Shown here: in pieces, positions 15,006-27,845 of the stretch
Layout: the number at the start of each line of letters is the position of its first letter
How positions within the stretch are numbered: the stretch's first letter is position 1
Origin: Harriotta raleighana
Taxonomy: Eukaryota
Assembly: GCA_050575255.1 (NCBI GenBank)
Contig: JBNZDD010013700.1
Coordinates: forward strand, 62,001-126,000
Direction: 5' to 3'
Length of the DNA stretch: 64,000 nucleotides
Position numbers and translations under genes: made by a program
The notes under the pieces: generated by a model
Told to the model about the DNA's origin: nothing
Seen by the model: the letters and a program-made list of their open reading frames with translations, nothing else
Database searches by the model: none

Positions 15006-17006
15006 AATATCTTCAGAAGAGCTAGTCCTTGCTTTTGGTATAGTGTTCATGTTGAGAATGTTTGAAAGCATTTCTCAGTAAAGTGTAAAACTTCCTATTA
15101 ATTTCTGCAAAGTGACTGAATATTTATGGGTGAAGGCGGCAACCATTTGCACACAATGTCCCACAGACAACCATGAAGTGAAAGACCAATTTTGTTTTGT
15201 TTTTTAATTTGGAGATTGTTGGTCAGGATACAACTTTAGTTTTCTTTTCGAACCGCATCAAAGAATCCCTAATGTCCTGTGCAACAGGATCATGATTTAA
15301 CATTTCATTTGAGGACATTGGAGTGTCAGCCCAGACTGTAAGCTCAAAGATTTGACTTATGACTGCTACATTTCAATATCCAGAGGCAAGAGTGCTACAA
15401 ACTGAGCAAAACTGACACCCGTAATTTGCATGTGTAAACTAGAAGTCAACAATGAATGAATGCTTTTAAGCAGCAATAAGATCTCACAGTTTCTAAGTGT
15501 GATGGCATCACAAGTGAGAAGGAATTAAGAATTTTAAATGTGATCCAGAAGAGGAGGTAAGCCGTGAAGTGTTAAAAGTCACAGCATTGCGGGTACCAGG
15601 CATATTTCTGCCTTACTGTAGCTCAGTTGTTAGAGCACTCGCCTCACAAGCGAGAGTACCTGGATTTGATTCCCAGGAGGGCAAAATATTGGGCAAGTTT
15701 CCTTACTCAACACACCTCTGATAACTAGCAGTATGTAGAAACCCGACTATTAGTCGATTGATGGATCGCTTTTCTGGGGATAATAATTTCTTCAAAAAAT
15801 AGATAACAAATGGGTCACTCAATCCACGACTGTGGGACATTGCTGTATATAATTAGCTACCACGTTTCGCCCATACAAATATACAATGAATTCACTTTAC
15901 AGTATAGATGTGATAAGGCGCTATATCAAGTGCAAGGATTATTATTTATTCAGCGGTACATGGTTATAGTTTACCGTTACTGGTATTCCCCAATTTACCT
16001 CGTCTNAATATCTTCAGAAGAGCTAGTCCTTGCTTTTGGTATAGTGTTCATGTTGAGAATGTTTGAAAGCATTTCTCAGTAAAGTGTAAAACTTCCTATT
16101 AATTTCTGCAAAGTGACTGAATATTTATGGGTGAAGGCGGCAACCATTTGCACACAATGTCCCACAGACAACCATGAAGTGAAAGACCAATTTTGTTTTG
16201 TTTTTTAATTTGGAGATTGTTGGTCAGGATACAACTTTAGTTTTCTTTTCGAACCGCATCAAAGAATCCCTAATGTCCTGTGCAACAGGATCATGATTTA
16301 ACATTTCATTTGAGGACATTGGAGTGTCAGCCCAGACTGTAAGCTCAAAGATTTGACTTATGACTGCTACATTTCAATATCCAGAGGCAAGAGTGCTACA
16401 AACTGAGCAAAACTGACACCCGTAATTTGCATGTGTAAACTAGAAGTCAACAATGAATGAATGCTTTTAAGCAGCAATAAGATCTCACAGTTTCTAAGTG
16501 TGATGGCATCACAAGTGAGAAGGAATTAAGAATTTTAAATGTGATCCAAAAGAGGAGGTAAGCCGTGAAGTGTTAAAAGTCACAGCATTGCGGGTACCAG
16601 GCATATTTCTGCCTTACTGTAGCTCAGTTGTTAGAGCACTCGCCTCACAAGCGAGAGTACCTGGATTTGATTCCCAGGAGGGCAAAATATTGGGCAAGTT
16701 TCCTTACTCAACACACCTCTGATAACTAGCAGTATGTAGAAACCCGACTATTAGTCGATTGATGGATCGCTTTTCTGGGGATAATAATTTCTTCAAAAAA
16801 TAGATAACAAATGGGTCACTCAATCCACGACTGTGGGACATTGCTGTATATAATTAGCTACCACGTTTCGCCCATACAAATATACAATGAATTCACTTTA
16901 CAGTATAGATGTGATAAGGCGCTATATCAAGTGCAAGGATTATTATTTATTCAGCGGTACATGGTTATAGTTTACCGTTACTGGTATTCCCCAATTTACC
17001 TCGTCT
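15006..17006. repeat. Tandem duplication of exactly 1000 bp (15006-16005 and 16007-17006) separated by one N
   Basis: Copies are colinear; I saw one difference (GATCCAGAA vs GATCCAAAA). Confidence 0.93.
15615..15948 (+). mobile_element. tRNA-derived SINE, full length (duplicated at about 16616-16949)
   Basis: TGTAGCTCAGTTGTTAGAGCACTCGCC head, GATTTGATTCC B-box, GCAAGGATTATTATT tail. Confidence 0.87.
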
Positions 17007-17240
17007 CTATTTACATGATTTCGATTTAACAAACGTAATTTTTTAAACACCTTTTTAGCAATGTACAATATTTTGTTTCATTTTAGAAACATTTTTAAAT
17101 TATTCTTGACTTTTTGGGGATAGAAAAAATCTAAATATGCAGTATATCTAGTATATTTTGTTTATCAACCTGAAATGCGTATAGATGTTGAGAAAAACAT
17201 GCCAAACAGTGGCCCAAGTGGAAGTGCATATCTAGTATAT

Positions 17241-17342
17241 CCCCGAGGCCTTGGGGATCGCTTGATCACCTCATCCAATCGGTAACCGGCATGCCGTCAT
17301 GCTGATTGGATGAGGTGACAAGTGATCCCCAAGGCCTCGGGG
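17241..17342. repeat. Inverted repeat, arms about 41-42 nt, loop about 19 nt
   Basis: CCCCGAGGCCTTGGGGATCGCTTGATCACCTCATCCAATCGG ... CTGATTGGATGAGGTGACAAGTGATCCCCAAGGCCTCGGGG. Confidence 0.92.
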
Positions 17343-17993
17343 CTCACGTTGGGTCCTAGACGCTGGATCTGTTCTGTTTATCATTAATTAAATTCATTAA
17401 GTCTCATTATCATTAAATTATTTGTTGAAAAGTGTTATTTTAGTGGGTCTGAAAATTTATTCAACTGTAGGGTAAATGTAACAGCCAATTTGTGCAAAGC
17501 AATGTCTCAACAGCCAGGAGGTGAACGACCAATTTATCGGAAGGACTAATTATGGTTAATTATAGTGACTGTGTACTTGTAGGTAAATATGGCTAATTTT
17601 CACCCAGCAATGCCCCAAAAAAATAACCAGAAAGTGAATCACCACTTTATCTGGAGGACTATTGGCCAACGATTACCCTCAAAGTGGTGTGAACATACAA
17701 GATGGTTAGTAAAACTACTAAATGTTGTAAGTAATTTGACAATGATAGCCAATATACACGCTTAGCCATATAGGAGCAACAGTAAAACTTGTAAATAGAG
17801 CCCATCGCATGGCTCAGAGCACAATCCAGATAGGTCATGACTTAACACCAACCAGCACCACATGTTTATTAAGTTACACTTAAATAAGAGCAAAAGCTAA
17901 CGCCACAAACATTATCATCGATTTTTAGAGACCATTGCAATACTCTTGAGTCTCCCCTCCCCATTGCAAAGTCAACAAAATCATGTCCTGTCA

Positions 17994-18257
<264 letters not shown>

Positions 18258-18990
18258 TCAGTCAAACAGTGCACGTAAAGAGCATCACCATCAGTATTCA
18301 TTTACAAGCAGAAATCTAAATTTACTCTAACACGCAATGTGTTCATAACTATTATGATTAACAACATCTGTATTTCAAAGACAATATTATATGTAGAATT
18401 TTACTTAGCTCATCTTTAATATGGTTTTCCAAATGTTACGATGACTCTGCTTGTAAACCCGTTAATTCTATTGCAAATGTGCCATGAAAATACAGCTCAG
18501 TGATCATCCCATCATAAAATTGTCTACCAACACCTCGGTGAGTGGGCTCACATGAAAAATCAGTTCAAAATAGCAAGGAAGCAGAGTTAGTGAGTTAACT
18601 GTAAACATTCGCAAACAAGGAGTCCTATCATCAATGGAGGCGCGGTGGGATAGCAGGCTTACAGTAGACCTCAAAGCACTCTGAGATGCCGTCCAGCGTG
18701 GAGGGCGCTATATAAATCAAAGTTGTTGTTGTTGTTGTCGACCCGCACAATGTACATGTACAGTAGGTTCACAGTAGCAAGGCAGTACTACATTGAAGGG
18801 TTTTATAATTAAATTCTCCTGTATGGCACCTCTGTTGTAAATACTGTACTTTCACCCTCACTGCTTCATGGAACCATATTTCAGCAGGAAATCAACTCTT
18901 GGAGAGAAAGGTAAATGGCCAAACAAACGGGCTCATTGCCTTAAGTATACTGTAGAGAGAAGCCTTTTTTAAAAAATTAACTCCAGGTTA

Positions 18991-19164
<174 letters not shown>

Positions 19165-19479
19165 TTAAAAAAAATAGAACAGTGATTTGTGCTATGTCAT
19201 TTTCATTGTAAAAGTTAAATAAGATCAATTTTCTCAAGTTAAAAAAAAACTCATCTGCACCTGGAAATTGCTAAAATAATCCACTCTTAACTCAACTAAT
19301 TTATATTTTTTGCCCTACCCATCACCCAGGATTAAATCGTTCACCAGCACAACTCCCAATTATAAAAATAGTAATTCTTGTACTGTATTTGGAATAGATC
19401 CTTCCATGCCAAGAGGATATACCAAAGTGCTTCAAGGACTTACTGTGAACTGGAGTGATTGTGAATTCACAGAAAAAAA

Positions 19480-19730
19480 CAGCAGCCCAATTTTGAACTC
19501 CATCGTGCCACAAACAGCCATGAAACAAATGACTAATTTTATTTGGGGAATTGAGTGAGGGATTGTTGGTCAGGACAACAGAGAAACTTCTTTCTCTTTT
19601 CCAGTAGCATCAGGGGGTCTTCAATGTCCACCTGAACATGCAAATGGGACCTCAATTTAACATCTCATCCATTGGAGTGTCAGCCAAGACTGTGAGTTTA
19701 AGGCTCGACATGGGGCTTGAATCCACAACT
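19480..19730 (-). mobile_element. Ancient Deu-domain SINE (AmnSINE1/SacSINE1-like)
   Basis: TTGGTCAGGACA...GTCCACCTGAAC...GGACCTCAATTTAACATCTCATCC is the reverse complement of the Deu core as recalled. Related copies at about 15150-15420, 42440-42740, 61700-61990 (-). Confidence 0.7.
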
Positions 19731-19849
19731 AGTGTACCCCACCTTACGGTCCATAACATATTGTTTCTACGATGCTTCTCTTTAGTAGTACATTTATTGC
19801 TTTTCCGAGTAATTAAGAGGAACACCAATGACAAAGTGTATCTCAATTC

Positions 19850-20248
19850 AAGATCCTGGTCCTCATCATTAAAGCCCTTCATGGTTTTGCGCCACTCTCC
19901 TACCACTGTGACCTCCTAAACCCCTACCAACCTGTCCGCTCCCTCCGCTCAGTGGGCTCCGGCCTGTTCCATGTTCCCTGAGCCACACGCCTCACTAATG
20001 GCAGGCGAGCCTTCAGCCACTCTGCCCTCAACCTCTGGAATTCCATCCCTCAATCCCTCCCCGGCCTCCTTCAAGTCTATCTCAAGACCCTCCTCTTGAC
20101 GGTGCCATCGGTTACCCTACCACTCCCTTACCTCCATCCTCCCCGATCCCGACCCCAGCTCGGGTCTGAAACACTGACTGTCCAGCACCTTGGGACATCC
20201 TCCCGATGTGGAATACGCTATACAAATGTAATTTTGTTGTTGTTGTTG
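19850..20248 (+). mobile_element. L2 LINE 3' end
   Basis: GRRAFSHSAP.LWN-type coding relic followed by CTTGGGACATCCTCCCGATGTG...CTATACAAATGTAATTT(TGT)n. Related tails at about 49130-49192, 50060-50182, 50470-50775, 56480-56685 (+) and 25072-25140, 47810-47980 (-). Confidence 0.82.
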
Positions 20249-21707
20249 CATTCAGACTGCTCATATACCACCTGGTGGACAGTTTAATTGTGCCACAGTA
20301 CATTAGGAAACATTACCTGCTCCACTCATTGGATAGGCAACAATAATGGAAAAGTGTATTTTTTTTTAAAAAGATTGTGAACAGTTAAAATGATGGATAT
20401 TAGGATTCCTCCTTTCGTGAAAGACACTATACAAATATAATTTTATTGTTGTTAAGCAAAACACCTACAAAATACACAAGACGCTACACGTTACAATACG
20501 TCATGTGGTTTCAGGCATCTCCTGATATATGAAGGGCTATATTAAATGTAAGCGTGCAGACACAGAAAGTTGTCCAACATATAAACGCCCAAATTGTTCA
20601 CAAACTGTGAAAAGCGGAACAGAAAGCAGACTTGCGAACATTTTAAAATGTGTGGACTTAACTCAAAATACACTCCAAGTCCTTAGAGATGAGGTTATGA
20701 AACACGTAGGGAGGCAGTTTCATTCTTCTTTTTATTGCTAGGAGATTAGATCTTTATTATTATAATATTATTATCTTCTAAGTAAAGATATCCCAAGTAA
20801 AGAATTTTAGGCTGATCCTCAGGCTCTCGATTGAGTTCTGAACAGTGCTCAATGGACAAGTCCTCAAAGCACTGGGAAGCAATGTTGCATTCAATATGAG
20901 ATATCTTGTTTAATGCCATCGTTTCATCATTGGTTTGGGTTCAGGTCCCGCAGCAAAGCTTTAAGATTTGATACAAGAATTGAAATTTCAAAGTATAATC
21001 GAAAGGCACGGTAAGATCATTCTGCAACACTGAGCGATGCAGAGATACTCTCCAACAGGCTGCATAACACAGATTATTACACATTTAACATTGCCTAAAG
21101 TACTTAAGTCAAGCTCCGTAAAATAAACCACTATTCACGATAAAGCATCGACACAAACCTAATTCATTATGTATGCGACTGAACAAAATATAGTGTATAG
21201 AGTCAGATCTAAAGATCAAGGCAAAACTTCGAATAGGCATTGAGGAGAAACAATAGCAGGTGGCAGTTGTCTGAAAATAATTGCCATAAAAACTGTCCAT
21301 TAGACAATGCATCAGTTGTATTTTTTTTTAGGTCATTAGGTCATCCTCACAAACCCAATCCCTCTGAGCCTTCTTCTCATCCTTGATGTTTTCCATTTAC
21401 TTGCTTGGCTTCTGCTTTGATTACAATACTGGCTGCCCTCAACTGGATTGAATCATTGCCAGCAGTCCACACTGACTTCCTCACCCACTCTCCAGGCAAA
21501 ATCCAGCCTCAGCAAATTTACACGCATAAACACATTTCAAGTTAACACTGGCTAATTGCATTATCTCACTGCTGTTCAATACTTTTAACTTTGTAGGCAT
21601 ACTTGGAATTAAGAGCAAGGATTTGCTGATGAATCTATTAGATACTGCACAGTACAGTGCAATATGAATAAGCATTCATTAAAGTTGCAGACAGAGTTGG
21701 CCACTTA

Positions 21708-21827
<120 letters not shown>

Positions 21828-23824
21828 TTAATTTTCTTTTTAAATAACAAAAAGTTTCCTTCCAATTTTTTCCACCTTGGCATATGCCTCACTGCTCCTG
21901 GGCTGGCCTCCACTTGCTAGGATTCCACAGGCACAGGTTACACTCCAATAAACTGTCCAAGTATCCATTATTCCTGTGTGGCAGTGAGAGCCAGCAGGCC
22001 ACTCAACTGTAGATGGTGTTCAGAGCTAAGCTTGACCTCACCTGCTTACCCTTACAGGGCCCATACACTGAGCTGGAACAGTGACCTATCCCTGGGAAGG
22101 CTACAGCCAATTAAGCCTTTCCATGATGTAATAATGATAACAATAATACTATAATAATAATCCATGTAACATGGAAAATGCAGCACAGGCCAGGATTCAA
22201 TCAAGTGAACTCTTGGTCAGGAAGCTGCAAATCTAACCATGCTGGCTGTCCACAAACTTATTCTGATACTCCACATGAATATAACTGCACTCCCCTTGAG
22301 CCACTAATTCATAACTCAGCAATTTACCTTGAGGACATTTATTTTGCAAAGCCAACCAAATGTTACATTCCATATTAAACCAATGGACGAATGCAAATAG
22401 AGCCAATACAGTCTCTTCAGAATATGAAATATGAAACAGAAGATTAGCCAATAAATATCTATCTAATCACCTGTCAATGTGTGCAGACTGCTAAACAGTT
22501 TTGTTGTATATTATAGGTGCATATTTAGCGGTATATATACAATCCATGTATTTACTTGAATTAATTTGTCCTCCCAACATGAAAGGCACTATAAAAATGT
22601 AATTTTGTTGTTGTTGTTCTTGAATTTACAAGGCTATGTCCACCATGTAGAGTACAACCCTGACATAATGCACTTCACCATAAAAGCAAAGTTGCTTATA
22701 AGCAGTGGTGACATAATGATCCAAACATTAACCATTTACTTTACTGTATTCAAAAATTTAATCCCAATATTGGACCTTGTTGTAATGCAGATTAGGATTT
22801 TATGAATCCCAAACACTACGTTAGAACTGGGTTCCAATGTAATTCTGTGGATTTTCTTTAAAGTCAGAACAACCATGGCAGTAGGCAGATCTTTAAGAAA
22901 CCAACAACTCCAAAAGACAATGTCACTGGAGGCTGCTTCATCAGAAATACATTCAGTGTGTTTATTATCAGACCAAATTTATTATAGACATTTGAGCTAA
23001 AAAGAGGTTTTAAGTAACTGAGCCACAGAATGCAATTAAATTAAAGTGGGCAAATTTAGAGAAGGAATACAAAGCACAATGGCTGGAGTTCTCAGGATGC
23101 AATGAAGCACGGACAGCAATGAAATGTGAACAGGTTAAAAAGATTCAAAGTTTGAATATAAAGTGATTCATGAACATATTTAATACTGCTCTGTGATTGA
23201 GATGCGGCTCCAATAGACTAAATGAATCTCTTTAATATTTAAAATCTCCAAATTCCCTTTGCCCACATAAATAATCAGTCCATTTGGCTTCATACATGAA
23301 CTTTCAATTGTTTTAATGCTGATTTCCAAAGTCAACTCAAATCATCTCCAAGAGCATTTGAAAGCCTTGTGAAACTTGCGTTGATGGTCCCGAATTACAT
23401 CGGAACATCTCAAAATGCTTCATAAGTGATTATCGTCAAATATAGTAACTGCATTTGTTGGCAAACCAAATTGACTTTGGCAATTACTCGACTAAATTAT
23501 TTTTATGTTGGCCGGTTAATCAATTTAACAATAATTTGAATTTATATAGTGCCCTTCACGTAGGCTAATAATATCTTGGGAGTGCTTCATAGGAATGGAG
23601 TTGGACACTGATCAAGGGAGAAGAGGGTGGCCATAAGCACATCAAATAGATAGCATTTTCGGCAAAACTTAGACAAGGAAAGCAGAGATGGAGCATTTGG
23701 GATTGGTTAGAGGCATAGAAACCTTAAAAACACTTGCATTCACTGAGGTAGATATTATTAGGTAACTTTGAAATCAATAAATTTCCAACAATTAGTCATA
23801 ATGAAATGTGCCACTATCATTTAC

Positions 23825-23865
23825 CTGTCACCAGTGTTGGAGAACTGAATACTGTCAACTTTGTC
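23825..23865 (-). CDS. PHIP: PHIP short exon: DKVDSIQFSNTGD(R)
   Basis: 41 nt, attag| acceptor, |GTAAAT donor, phase 0-2. Preceded by an 85-nt intron (23866-23950). Confidence 0.93.
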
Positions 23866-23896
23866 CTAATAAAAGTAAACAAAAGTTAAAAAATTA

Positions 23897-24055
<159 letters not shown>

Positions 24056-26782
24056 TTAGGGATAGAATAAAAGACCATCAGAATTCACTGTGACTGACAA
24101 ATCAATAATTAAAAGACAATTCTTCTATTCTTAATCACCTGTTCACAAGAGCGAAAAGTCCTGTTTTTCTGCGCATTCTACAACAAATGCTCAGGTCAAA
24201 CGGCGTTGTGTATTTACAGTTTATTTTTTAAGTTTTGAAGGCAAGGAGTGAAATCATAAATCAAAGTATTCTTAGAGAGTTCCAGACAGCAGGAACATAG
24301 TGACTGAAATCCAGCCAACGCAGACAGAAGAAATAGGGCCAAGGAAGAATAAGGCTGAAGCAAAAGGTAGGGAGGGTGAGATGATGAATGGAATTGAAAA
24401 ACAGGATGAAGATCTTAAAAGCATCCATTGGAGCATTGAGTTTTAGTACTTAGAATAAGTTTGGTTTCCTGATAGCTTAATCAGCGCCTAGAATTTTCCT
24501 GACACCTCAAGCGTGGACTTAAATTCAGGATAGTTAACCTCTCATTTAAGGTGAATACCAAATAAATCTAATATCAACTATGCGTTCATGCATTGCTGAC
24601 TTAGAAACACTAATTTGTCAGCTCAAAACTTTCTAAGGAATTTTTAAAATATAAATGTAAAGAAAATGCAGTTTACATTCCAAACTGAATAAATTCTTTG
24701 ACTACACAGAAATTGATTTCTGGAATCAAGTTTTTCATTGACAGGTAAGAAATCAGGGCCACAGGTTGTAAAAGTGTGTAATTGTCAACCTCATACAGGA
24801 TGTTAACTATCCACATAATGTTTCATCTCCATTACAATTCCTGTGATATTTACAACTTGGTGCAGGATAAAAATAAAGAACTTGATAAAGCTTTAACTTC
24901 AGAAAGGATTAACATTCAGCAATTATTAGTGCTTCATGTAAAATGTGATTATTTGATGTATTATTGAGCAGAGCATGAAAACACTGAAAATCTCCGGTCC
25001 AAATTTAGCAGATATAATTGCACGATGTGAGTAGCATAATTGATATTGCTGGCGACTGGCCTAATCCTGGAACAACAACAACAAAATTACACTTGTATAG
25101 AGCCTTTCACGTCGGGAGGACGTCCCAAAGCGCTGGAAGCATGAGTTACCTCCAAAGGTCATAATGGTCATCAAAGGATCATTAGAATAGAACATCGCCT
25201 GAATCAAAATCACTCAAAAATAAAGATTGGCAAGAGATGATCACAATCAGCTCCAAACACAGTTCCCAATGGTAAAACAAACGTGTTGAAGAGATGCTAA
25301 AGCCTTTAGTTTCCAAAAGAAACAATCTTCAACGAGTTTCCTGAAATGTCCATCTTTCTTCACAGTGCTCAGGGATTCTGCATGCCTTTGTATGAATGGT
25401 TCTCAACCTTATGCTATTCTCCTCTGGTACTAGCTGACAAAGTGCACATGTTGTAAGTGTACAAAAATTTATACCCATCAAAGTCTGAAATCAGAATCAT
25501 CCATTTCAGAAACATGGAAAACTTTCAACTTATTTGGAAACATTCTCAAACAATACCACGGTAGAATGTAATGCTGCTGCAAGTACAAATACTTTATCTA
25601 ATGTGTCTTATCCAATTGCTAAAACTCTTCATTTATGTTTAAAGTATTGAGATGGTTTTTTAAATTTTGTGAAATTGATTTTCACTTAGTAAGTGAATTG
25701 TACCTATTAATGGTCTGATGTTACTGATCAGTACAAGAGCAACTTCAGATTCAATACAATGCAAGGTTACATTAATAAAACGCCTTTCATGTCAGGAAGA
25801 CACTCCAAAGTGCTAGACAATCCATGTGTTCACCCGAGTCAGTGAGTGGGAGGAAAGTCGGGAGGCGAGGGAGGGCACAAGTCAAAGGGACTCCAGAATG
25901 CAGTTTCAGAGAGTGGGGACAGACATGGTGAAAGCTTAATCGTCAATGGTGGGGCAGGGTGGGATGAGAAACATAAGGGATGTAAAACTGCTGTCTGATG
26001 AGCAGAGAGAGTGATGTACTTGGGATGATAAATTCTTATATGGCTATACATAAACAATTTACCATCATGAATAGAAAGCAATACAGATGCAACCACGATC
26101 TGCACCCATTTGTTCAGCATTAAAATGTCGTTTGCCAGTGCATATTGGTACAATCCATGCCGCACATTCACTTGTACGTATAAAGTAATTATGCCCAATC
26201 AAATGCACAGATCCTCACTTGGCGTTATCTTTAGGTGAGATTACATACCACCACCAGATTTAGGCCCTAGGATTGAATAAGTACAAATTTTGGACAAATT
26301 ATACCCTGTCTAACAGAAATAGAAGATATTGAATAACCCCAAGATAATCTGTTAGCAACTTTAAAAAAATACAGAAAACAGATGTGCATGTGTTGGGATT
26401 TCCAGACATCAAACAAAGCACTCACAAGAAATTTAAATCCTGAAATCTCATTAAAATCGCACAATGCATACCAGACCCACATTAGAAATCTGCTCTTAAG
26501 TTTTTGTCCCAAAGGGAAGCCACAGATTCATAGCTCATTCGGCATTCTGTATGATTGCAGAACACTGGCCATATGCAATGATAGGAATGTCTTGAATATA
26601 ATCTTAAAAACTTTGAGCATGGCTTCAGCAAATCAATCTCAAATCTTCTTGAATCAATATTTAAACAAGCATTTAAAAAATGACAAGAAAACCCTGCATT
26701 TGACACATACTTGCACATTTATATTTTATAAACAATTACGACTGCCTGAACTATTTCATGGTTAAAGCTGAACATCACTTAC

Positions 26783-26853
26783 CGGCACTGAAAGAAGAAC
26801 AGATCATTTGGACTCCAGGTCTCGGCCGCTCAGTAAATTTGAATGGTCGATCG
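26783..26853 (-). CDS. PHIP: PHIP exon: [23 protein letters not shown](G)
   Basis: 71 nt, ttgcag| acceptor, |GTAAGT donor, phase 2-1. Seen in ORF 26775..26957. Confidence 0.95.
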
Positions 26854-27331
26854 CTGCAAATAAAAATATACAAAGTATAAAAAACTGTTTTCTTCTTAGT
26901 CTTATACTTAAGTCTTAATGGTAAAACAATCCCAATCTGAATATATTCTCCATCCATTTTAGTTGTAGAAGCATTTTGGGATTATTTAACATAATTTCCC
27001 CCCACCCTCCGCCTCCGAGGTTATTGAAACTGACATTTGCATCATAGATAGCATGTTTTCATTTTATGTACAATTAATAAACAAAAGGAGCTACATCAAA
27101 ACATTAATCTGTTTATTTCATTAATATAAAGTATATTTATTTCACCCACAAAATATACAGTCTATTCACTTTACAGTATTTTCTATGAAGCACTTTGAGA
27201 CATCTCAAAGACCTGCTATATCAAATGCAAGGATTACGACTATATTTTTAGAGGTAACATTCATAATGCAATGATGAGTACATCAATCTCTATGTTGCTA
27301 AAGAATAACTGCTTTAAAATTAGTCACTAAA

Positions 27332-27845
27332 TAGTTAAAGCCTGTTTATCCATGACTCGATCAACCAGAACTTCCGTATAACCGGTACATCAAAAAAAAA
27401 GTTCCCACCCAATTAACCGGATGTTATCCGGCACAATAGCGATGGCGCATTTAATGAAATGATTATCGCACGAGAGTACTGTTACAGGTATTTCGGCTTG
27501 CCACTAGTAGAGCCTGCCTTTTTTTAAAAGTTGCGCTGCCGTTATTTTTCCTCCTGTGGCGGCCGCCATTGCAGAAGTTAAGTATAAATAATAAAGTACC
27601 AATACAATATTCTGTTATTACAGTATCAGTTATTACTGTATTTATTATTTATATGGTACAGTGTACAACATTTACAATAAAGTACCCATACAATATACTG
27701 TTATTATGTTATTATTTAGTCTATTATTAATATGGTATGTGTTAAAATAAGTTAATTTTTTTGTGTTGGGCTTTCAGCGTCAGATCCAACCGTTTAACCG
27801 GCATTGGCCAGGTCCCGCGGGTGCCGGATAAACAGGCTTTTACTG
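27332..27845. mobile_element. MITE family A
   Basis: Ends TAGTTAAAGCCTGTTTATCC and GGATAAACAGGCTTTTACTG; interior colinear with 33921-34386 and 40611-41042. Confidence 0.85.

Noticed and set aside
15615-15690. tRNA-like sequence with A and B boxes
   Set aside because: It is a SINE head; it continues into the SINE body and I could not fold a full cloverleaf.
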